Assembly (NCBI GenBank): GCA_017886895.1
Contig: JAGHJD010000078.1
Coordinates: 10,355 to 74,354, forward strand
Origin: Clostridia bacterium
Lineage (GTDB): Bacteria > Bacillota > Clostridia > Christensenellales > Borkfalkiaceae
Direction: 5' to 3'
Length of the DNA: 64,000 nt
In this document: positions 57,884 to 64,000 of the stretch, one piece after another
Numbering within the stretch: the first letter of the stretch is position 1
Layout of the letters: every line of letters begins with the position of its first letter
Position numbers and translations under genes: made by a program
Notes under the pieces: model-generated
Databases searched by the model: none
What the model was told of the DNA's origin: nothing
The model's input: only the letters and a program-made list of their open reading frames with translations

Positions 57884-58603
57884 TTATTTGTTTTTATTGA
57901 TGAGAACGCGCTCGTATTTGCCCGTGGCAAGGTCGGTGTAGCGCACATACAGCGAAATTTTATTGTCCGCGTTCAGGTTGTCCCAGAGCGTCTTTGCAAA
58001 CGCCTGCATATCGTCGGGGATCTGCACGCGCTCAGGCTCGCCCGTGAATGTCGGGATCGGGTTGCCGTCGCAGTTATAGGTATGGATAAAGTGGCCCACA
58101 CCGCTGAGCGGCGCATACGAAAAGGTGTAGCGGTTGCACGCAGAGCCGATAGCGTCCGCGCTCTTAAGAATGCTCATCTTATAGGTGAACCCGCCGTCCG
58201 CAAAATGCAGCACCGCGCTGATGCGGGGCGTAAAATTCGGGTCGTCCGGCTCGAAACAGCGCGTATCCAGCGCCTGCTCAAAGGTCTTGCCCTGCGCGAG
58301 GAAATCGTACACGGTATCCGTCTGGTCGCCGTTGGTGACGATGAGGTCGTCTTTATATCTGCGCACGGGCGAATAGATGATGAGCGAAGGATCTTTTACC
58401 TTGCCCGCATCGAAGGGGTAGATGGTCACCTCCTCCCCCTTCTCGGTAAAGACGCGGTTGCGGCTGTTCTCGCTCCTGCCCATGATAAAATACGCAAACA
58501 CCGCCTTTTTGCCGTCCTCGCTCTTGCCGACGACGATACCGCGCCCGACGTAAGCGTTGTCCCTGATCAGTTCTCCGATGTCCGAAATGTTGTAAATGCT
58601 CAT
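57884..58603 (-). CDS. IMP cyclohydrolase, PurO-like
   Basis: YVGRGI, YFIMGRS..SRNR, VTNGDQTD, EPD.PNFTPRIS; lies next to the cyclohydrolase-less purH. Confidence 0.82.
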   Translation of the reverse strand: MSIYNISDIGELIRDNAYVGRGIVVGKSEDGKKAVFAYFIMGRSENSRNRVFTEKGEEVTIYPFDAGKVKDPSLIIYSPVRRYKDDLIVTNGDQTDTVYDFLAQGKTFEQALDTRCFEPDDPNFTPRISAVLHFADGGFTYKMSILKSADAIGSACNRYTFSYAPLSGVGHFIHTYNCDGNPIPTFTGEPERVQIPDDMQAFAKTLWDNLNADNKISLYVRYTDLATGKYERVLINKNK

Positions 58604-58618
58604 TTGCGCCTCCGCTGT

Positions 58619-59236
58619 TTATTCAAGGACGGTGACGACCCGTCCCTCTTTTCTGATCTTTCCCGTGCACAGAAGCCGCACCGCCTCGGGCAGCGCCTTA
58701 TGCTCCTCAACGAGGATGCGCGCCTGCAGACTTTCGGGCGTGTCATCGGGAAGAACCTCGACCGCGCGCTGCAGGATGATAGCGCCGCCGTCGCAGTTCT
58801 CGTCTACGAAATGCACCGTCAGCCCCGAGAGCTTTACGCCGTATTCGATCGCGGCGCGGTGCACGTTCAGCCCGTAATATCCTTTGCCGCAAAAGCTCGG
58901 GATAAGGGAGGGATGAATATTGATGATGCGGTCAGGAAATGCCCGCACGAAATTTTCCGTCACAATGGAGAGCCAGCCCGCGAACACGATATAATCGATG
59001 CCGCGCGCGTTCAGCTCTGCAATAACGTCCTCGTACATCGTCTCGGAATCGGCAAAGTCCTTTTTACTGCGCACGATGTGCGCAATGCCGTGCTTTTCCG
59101 CACGTTCGATGGCGCCGATCCCCGGCTTTGACGCGACCAGAAGCGCGATCTCGCAAAAGGGCTCGCGTTCGTTTGCATCGATGACGGACTGAAAATCGCT
59201 CCCCGACCCGCTCGCAAAGACAGCTATCTTTTTCAC
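58619..59236 (-). CDS. purN: Phosphoribosylglycinamide formyltransferase
   Basis: ASGSGS.FQ, NIHPSL, TVHFVDE..DGG. Confidence 0.95.
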   Translation of the reverse strand: MKKIAVFASGSGSDFQSVIDANEREPFCEIALLVASKPGIGAIERAEKHGIAHIVRSKKDFADSETMYEDVIAELNARGIDYIVFAGWLSIVTENFVRAFPDRIINIHPSLIPSFCGKGYYGLNVHRAAIEYGVKLSGLTVHFVDENCDGGAIILQRAVEVLPDDTPESLQARILVEEHKALPEAVRLLCTGKIRKEGRVVTVLE

Positions 59237-60261
59237 AGCAGCCGCACTCCTTTCCCCTGCACCGTCTCACCGATGAGGTACGCCGTCTCACCCGTAGAGG
59301 CAAGCTGCGCGATGACTGCGGGCACGTCCTTTTTGTCCACGCAGACGACCATGCCGATGCCCATATTGAAGGTGTTGTAGATCTGCTCGTTTGTGATGCC
59401 CGCCTTCTCCTGCATGATCTGAAAGATCTCGGGAACGGGATAGGAGGAAAGGTCGATCTCGCAGCCGATCCCCTCGGGGAAGATGCGCGGGATATTCTCG
59501 ATAAAGCCGCCGCCCGTGATATGCGCAATGCCCTTCACCTGTACTTTTTCGATGAGGCGGAGGATACTGTTCACATAGATCTTCGTAGGCGTGAGCAGCA
59601 CATTGAGCAGTTTATCCTTCAGCCTGTCATCGTAGCGGTCGAGGTCGTGCGAATTGCCGTTGTCGCCGAACAGCCTGCGCACCAGCGAATAGCCGTTGGA
59701 GTGGATACCGCTGGATGCGATACCGACGAGCGCGTCGCCCGCTTTGATACCCTTCCCGTTGATGACTTTTTTCTTGTCCACGATGCCGACGGCAAAGCCC
59801 GCGATGTCGTACTCGCCGTCGGGGTAGAACCCGGGCATCTCGGCGGTCTCGCCGCCGATGAGCGCGCAGCCCGCCTGACGGCAGCCCTCCGCCACGCCCG
59901 AGACGACGGTCGCAACGACTTCGGGCGAGAGTTTGCCCGTCGCAAAATAATCGAGGAAAAAGAGTGGCTTCGCGCCCTGGCAGACAATGTCGTTCACGCA
60001 CATGGCGACGGCGTCAATGCCGACGGTGTCGTGTTTGTTCGCAAGAAAGGCATATTTGAGCTTGGTGCCGACGCCGTCCGTGCCCGCGACGAGCACGGGC
60101 TCCTCCATTTTCTCTCCCGCAATGGAATAAAACCCGCCGAACGAACCGATGTCGCCGAGCACGTTCCCGTCAAAGGTGGACTGTACGTGCTTTTTCATCA
60201 GTTCGACCGCCTTATAGCCGCGCTCCACGTCGACGCCGCTGTCTTTATACGAAATAGCCAT
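59233..60261 (-). CDS. purM: AIR synthase
   Basis: YKDSGVD, DGVGTK, GGETAEMPG, HSNGYS, HITGGG, TFNMG. Confidence 0.97.
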   Translation of the reverse strand: MAISYKDSGVDVERGYKAVELMKKHVQSTFDGNVLGDIGSFGGFYSIAGEKMEEPVLVAGTDGVGTKLKYAFLANKHDTVGIDAVAMCVNDIVCQGAKPLFFLDYFATGKLSPEVVATVVSGVAEGCRQAGCALIGGETAEMPGFYPDGEYDIAGFAVGIVDKKKVINGKGIKAGDALVGIASSGIHSNGYSLVRRLFGDNGNSHDLDRYDDRLKDKLLNVLLTPTKIYVNSILRLIEKVQVKGIAHITGGGFIENIPRIFPEGIGCEIDLSSYPVPEIFQIMQEKAGITNEQIYNTFNMGIGMVVCVDKKDVPAVIAQLASTGETAYLIGETVQGKGVRLL

Positions 60262-60277
60262 CGTTATTTCCTCTCTT

Positions 60278-61708
60278 TCATTCAAATTTGAGTTTGTCCG
60301 CCTGATAATCATCGAGCGAATAGGGATACTTTCCGTCGAAACAGCCAGTGCAGAACCCGTGCGCACAGCCGCTGCAGGATTCTTTGAGCTGGTCGACCGT
60401 CATATAGGTCAGCGAATCCGCACCTATGTAGTCGCAGATCTCCTTGACGGACTTGTTCGCGCCGATAAGCTGGGAATACGTTTCAATATCGATGCCGAGG
60501 TGGCAGGGATGCCGCACGACGGGCGAACTTGCCATCATGTGCACTTCGCGCGCGCCGCCCTCGCGCAGCATTTTGACGATCTTGCGGCTGGTCGTGCCGC
60601 GGACAATGGAGTCGTCGATGATGATGACGCTCTTCCCCTCTATGTTGGCGCGCAGCGCGTTCATCTTGACGCTGACGCTGTGCTCGCGCATGCGCTGGTC
60701 GGGCTGGATGAACGTCCTGCCCACATAGCGGTTTTTGGCAAGCGCCTCCACGAACGGGATCCCCGACTCTTCGGAGTATCCCTTCGCCGCGACCAGCCCC
60801 GAATCGGGCACGCCGCTGACGAGGTCCGCCTTGATCTGCGGGTTGTTGCGCGCAAGGATCCTGCCCGCGGCTTTCCGCGCGGCATAGACGCTCAGCCCGT
60901 CGATGATGCTGTCGGGACGGGCAAAATAGACGTATTCAAAGATACAGCTCGCGGACTTCTTCCCCGCCGTATCGAGGAAATACGAGCGCTCGCCTTGCGC
61001 GTCGATGACGACGACTTCGCCGGGCTTTACGTCGCGCGAATAGACCGCACACACGGCGTCCAGCGCGCACGTCTCGCTGGCGACGATCGTATCGTCGAGG
61101 CTCTTGCCCAAAACGAGCGGACGGATCCCGTACGGGTCTCGCACGGCGATGAGCTTATCCGCCGTCATCACGACGAGCGCATACGCCCCGCGGATGCGCT
61201 CGCACGCGGCGAGCACGCCCTTCACGATGTCGCCGTCGCTGTATTTATTGATGAGCAGCGCGATGACTTCCGAATCGATGCTCGTCTGAAAGACGGCATT
61301 GTCGGCGATCAGTTCTTCGCGCAACTGCTTCGTATTGGTGAGGTTGCCGTTGTGCGCGAGCGCCATCTTGCCGCACTTGCCCGTGAACACGATGGGCTGC
61401 GCGTTCAGAAGAGAACTCGCCCCCGTCGTGGAATAGCGCACATGCCCGATCGCAATATCGCCTTCGGGGAGCTCCTGCAGATGCCCGTTTGCAAACACCT
61501 CGGGGATCAGCCCCATGCCTTTATAGTAACGGATCGTATTCGCATAGGCGACGGCAATGCCGCCGCTCTCCTGCCCCCTGTGCTGCAGGGCGTACAACCC
61601 GTAATAGACGGTGTGCGCGACGTCGCGCGTCTCACTGCTGTAGACGCCGAATACGCCGCACTCCTCGTGCATGCTGTCGAACGGAAGTTTTCCGTCACGT
61701 AAATACAT
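60278..61708 (-). CDS. purF: Amidophosphoribosyltransferase (propeptide and Fe-S type)
   Basis: EECG, QHRGQE, GHVRYST, DDSIVRGTT, FCTGC. Confidence 0.97.
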   Translation of the reverse strand: MYLRDGKLPFDSMHEECGVFGVYSSETRDVAHTVYYGLYALQHRGQESGGIAVAYANTIRYYKGMGLIPEVFANGHLQELPEGDIAIGHVRYSTTGASSLLNAQPIVFTGKCGKMALAHNGNLTNTKQLREELIADNAVFQTSIDSEVIALLINKYSDGDIVKGVLAACERIRGAYALVVMTADKLIAVRDPYGIRPLVLGKSLDDTIVASETCALDAVCAVYSRDVKPGEVVVIDAQGERSYFLDTAGKKSASCIFEYVYFARPDSIIDGLSVYAARKAAGRILARNNPQIKADLVSGVPDSGLVAAKGYSEESGIPFVEALAKNRYVGRTFIQPDQRMREHSVSVKMNALRANIEGKSVIIIDDSIVRGTTSRKIVKMLREGGAREVHMMASSPVVRHPCHLGIDIETYSQLIGANKSVKEICDYIGADSLTYMTVDQLKESCSGCAHGFCTGCFDGKYPYSLDDYQADKLKFE

Positions 61709-61798
61709 CCTGCCCTCCTGAATAACCTGCCGTACCCGGATGATAAAAATGAGAATGCGGCGCGGCGCTGCCGCGCCGCGCGGACTGCTGCACGGTGC

Positions 61799-62506
61799 TT
61801 ATTTGCCCGTGAGGCGGGCAAACACTTCCTTGTAGGCGTCTTCGACCCCGCCGAGGTCGCGGCGGAACCTGTCCTTATCCAGCTTTTCGCCCGTGGTCAT
61901 GTCCCAGAAACGGCAGGTATCGGGCGAGATCTCATCCGCGAGAATGATCTGCCCCTTGAATCTGCCGAACTCGAGCTTGAAGTCGATGAGATCGATGTTC
62001 AGCCCCTTGAAGAACTCCTTCATCACGTCGTTGACCTTGAACGCCATGTTGCGGATGGTCTCCAGCTCTTCGGGCGTGGCGAGCTCCATGGCGAGCGCCT
62101 GATAGTCGTTGATCAGCGGGTCGCCGAGGTCGTCGTTCTTATAGCTGAACTCGAAGCAGGTGACGGGAAGTTTCTTGCCTTCGGGCACGCCGTAGCGTTT
62201 GGAGAAGCTGCCTGCCGCCGTGTTGCGGATAATGACCTCGAGCGGAACGATCTCCACCTTTTTCACCGCCGTTTCGCGGTCGGAGAGCTCCTCCACATAG
62301 TGCGTGGGGATGCCGTGCTGTTCCATGAGGCGGAACATCATGTTGCTCATGCGGTTGTTGATCACGCCTTTCCCCGCGATCGTGCCCTTTTTGAGCCCGT
62401 TGAACGCGGTCGCATCGTCCTTGTAATCCACGATCACGATATCCGGATCGTCCGTTGCGTATACTTTTTTCGCCTTGCCCTCGTAGAGCTGACCGAGTTT
62501 CTGCAT
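61799..62506 (-). CDS. purC: SAICAR synthase
   Basis: [34 protein letters not shown]. Confidence 0.97.
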   Translation of the reverse strand: MQKLGQLYEGKAKKVYATDDPDIVIVDYKDDATAFNGLKKGTIAGKGVINNRMSNMMFRLMEQHGIPTHYVEELSDRETAVKKVEIVPLEVIIRNTAAGSFSKRYGVPEGKKLPVTCFEFSYKNDDLGDPLINDYQALAMELATPEELETIRNMAFKVNDVMKEFFKGLNIDLIDFKLEFGRFKGQIILADEISPDTCRFWDMTTGEKLDKDRFRRDLGGVEDAYKEVFARLTGK

Positions 62507-62573
62507 TGTACCTCTCCTCCGAAAAAATTTTTACCCGAATACATCGGGGATCTTACCGTATTGTTACCGCGGC

Positions 62574-63065
62574 TTACAGTTCCGCCTGCAGCGCGGCGTC
62601 ATCCGCCGCGATCTTCTCCGCCATCTCCTTTTTATAGGCGGAAAGTTTTTCGGCGATCTGCGGATATTTGAGCCCGAGCATCTGCAGGGCGAGCAGCCCC
62701 GCGTTCTCCCCGCCGTTGACGCCCACCGTCGCAACGGGGATGCCCGAGGGCATCTGCACGATGGACAAAAGGCTGTCCAGCCCGCCCATCATATCCGTTT
62801 TGACGGGCAGCCCGATGACGGGCAGCGTCGTGTATGCGGCGATGACGCCGCCGAGGTGCGCCGCCTTGCCTGCGGCGCAGATGATGACCTCGATCCCGCG
62901 CTCCTTCGCGCCCGCCGCAAAGGCGTGCGCCTCGCCGGGAGTGCGGTGCGCGGAAATGACGCGCACTTCGGGTGTTTCGCCAAATTTTTCCAAAACCGAG
63001 ATCGCCGGTTTCACGACGGGCAGATCGGACTTGCTGCCCATGAGGATCGCAACTTTAGCTGCCAT
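62574..63065 (-). CDS. purE: AIR carboxylase / N5-CAIR mutase
   Basis: MGSKSD, SAHRTP, AAHL, VQMPSGIPVATV. Confidence 0.96.
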   Translation of the reverse strand: MAAKVAILMGSKSDLPVVKPAISVLEKFGETPEVRVISAHRTPGEAHAFAAGAKERGIEVIICAAGKAAHLGGVIAAYTTLPVIGLPVKTDMMGGLDSLLSIVQMPSGIPVATVGVNGGENAGLLALQMLGLKYPQIAEKLSAYKKEMAEKIAADDAALQAEL

Positions 63066-63136
63066 GTTCTTTTTCTCCTTCCCGCAGCGAGCCTCCGCGG
63101 TTAAAATTCCGGGCGCGAAACATACTCAATAGCGGA

Positions 63137-63430
63137 ATGCTGCGGTATATCTTTCTTGCTGTCTATCTGCTTGCCGTAAACATCTACGGCTTCATACTCG
63201 TCCGTTCTCTGCGCGAGAGTGCGCTCGAGCGGCGCGGCACCGCCGCGAAAAAAGCGAAAGTCCTGCTGGCGGGAGCGCTCGGCGGCGCACTCGCAGGATA
63301 TGTGGCAATGTTTGCACTGCGGTGCGGCACGGACGACGCGCTGCTGATGCTCAGCATGCCGCTTCTCATCGCGCTCAATGTCTATGCGCTGTTTTTGCTG
63401 CTGAGGCTGATCTCTCCCGTGCTCGTATAA
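63137..63430 (+). CDS. Small membrane protein, DUF1294-like
   Basis: YLLAVNIYGF...LGGALAGY.AM..R pattern, three hydrophobic segments; weak RBS. Confidence 0.65.
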   Translation: MLRYIFLAVYLLAVNIYGFILVRSLRESALERRGTAAKKAKVLLAGALGGALAGYVAMFALRCGTDDALLMLSMPLLIALNVYALFLLLRLISPVLV

Positions 63431-63452
63431 AAGCGGTCGGGAAAGGCGGCGC

Positions 63453-63688
63453 AAAAAAACAGACCCAAAAGCGTGCGCGGATGCGCACCGCTCCCGAATC
63501 TGTCCTGCGGTTGCTATGTACGATGCGCCTTCCGCGCAAAGGTCATATTGTCCCAAGCCGCCGCGCGGGAACTTCCGCACGCGGGAGCGCTGCGGCGCGC
63601 TGCCTGACACTTTCCCATTGGCATTTCCTCTTCCGCCGTCGGAAACGGCGCCCGCGCCCGATGATGCAAGGCGCAAAGCCGTCCGAAC
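63453..63688 (-). ncRNA. Unassigned structured RNA or leader with intrinsic terminator
   Basis: Preceded by TGTGgTATACT (63705-63695); several helices; ends in long hairpin (63502-63460) plus T7; no credible ORF. Confidence 0.55.
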
Positions 63689-63796
63689 ATTCTCAGTATA
63701 CCACAAATCACGCCTTTTCAAAACTGTTTGAGCGCACTTTTCGCAAAATTTTAGGCTGAAAAATTTCCCCTGCAGCCGTCCAAACACTTGACAAAT

Positions 63797-63826
63797 TACA
63801 GCCGACGGTCATGACCGCCGGCTGTA
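63797..63826 (-). terminator. Hairpin downstream of mscL
   Basis: TACAGCCG...CGGCTGTA inverted repeat just after the stop codon. Confidence 0.55.
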
Positions 63827-63837
63827 CCGTCTTTGCG

Positions 63838-64000
63838 TTATTCTTTCTCCGTTTTTCCGTCGGAAACTTTCTCGGCTCCCTTCTCACGCTCTCCGCCCGC
63901 AGCGTTTTCGCGGAGCAGGTCACGGATCTCGGCGAGCAGCTTTTCCACGTTCTCACTGCTGACGGCGGGCGCCGCAACGGGAACAGGCTCGGCAGGCGCG
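63838..64000 (-). CDS. mscL: 3' end of large-conductance mechanosensitive channel (partial)
   Basis: Own translation of 63999-63838: APAEPVPVAAPAVSSENVEKLLAEIRDLLRENAAGG...KE*; LLxEIRDLL is the MscL C-terminal signature. Confidence 0.8.
   Translation of the reverse strand, partial: APAEPVPVAAPAVSSENVEKLLAEIRDLLRENAAGGEREKGAEKVSDGKTEKE

Noticed and set aside
51690-61702. Long plus-strand ORFs opposite the pur operon (e.g. 743 aa at 51690-53921)
   Set aside because: Same antisense shadow effect; no independent evidence of coding.
63490-63640. Short resemblances of the unassigned RNA to RNase P (GAGGAAA, GGAAAGUG), M-box (GCCAAUGGG) and ykkC/PRPP aptamers (GAAAGUGU)
   Set aside because: Matches are only 7-9 nt and the surrounding core motifs and pairings are missing, so no family was assigned.
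63101-63787. 228-aa minus-strand ORF and other short ORFs upstream of purE
   Set aside because: No RBS or protein-like composition; they cross a promoter, a terminator and the antisense DUF1294-like gene.
1-64000. CRISPR arrays, IS elements, prophage or defence genes
   Set aside because: No spaced direct repeats and no transposase, integrase, phage or nuclease signatures seen; AT-rich patches coincide with promoters only.

Overview
High-GC core-genome segment of an endospore-forming Clostridia-class (Bacillota) bacterium; the lineage is inferred from gene content and order. Left to right: 3' part of a class A PBP; nifS-thiI; a split arginine cluster (argG-C-J-B, then argD-F-carA-carB::dapF); an M48 peptidase and acyl-ACP thioesterase; a membrane-anchored PadR protein; tlyA-ispA-folD-nusB-asp23; the complete spoIIIAA-AH operon; copA; an orphan nucleotidyltransferase; rpmF-ackA-pta with divergent tmcAL; RNase P RNA; pyk; two flavoproteins; a TM-DUF1508 protein; serS; a CtpE-like P-type ATPase; metE-metF with a LysR regulator; the purE-C-F-M-N-O-H-D-L operon; a DUF1294-like gene; and the 3' end of mscL. 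I found no mobile element, CRISPR array, tRNA or rRNA. The two most notable observations are (1) CarB fused to a DapF-fold domain whose first catalytic Cys is replaced by Ala, and (2) an unassigned ~240-nt structured RNA upstream of the pur operon with its own promoter, a terminator and a competing antiterminator pairing. Also notable are a cloverleaf-like 4-way junction between purH and purD, several proteins with unusual appendages (Pta, PadR, DUF1508 protein, P-type ATPase) and altered signature motifs in both P-type ATPases. All calls come from reading motifs by eye; no database search or folding program was run.
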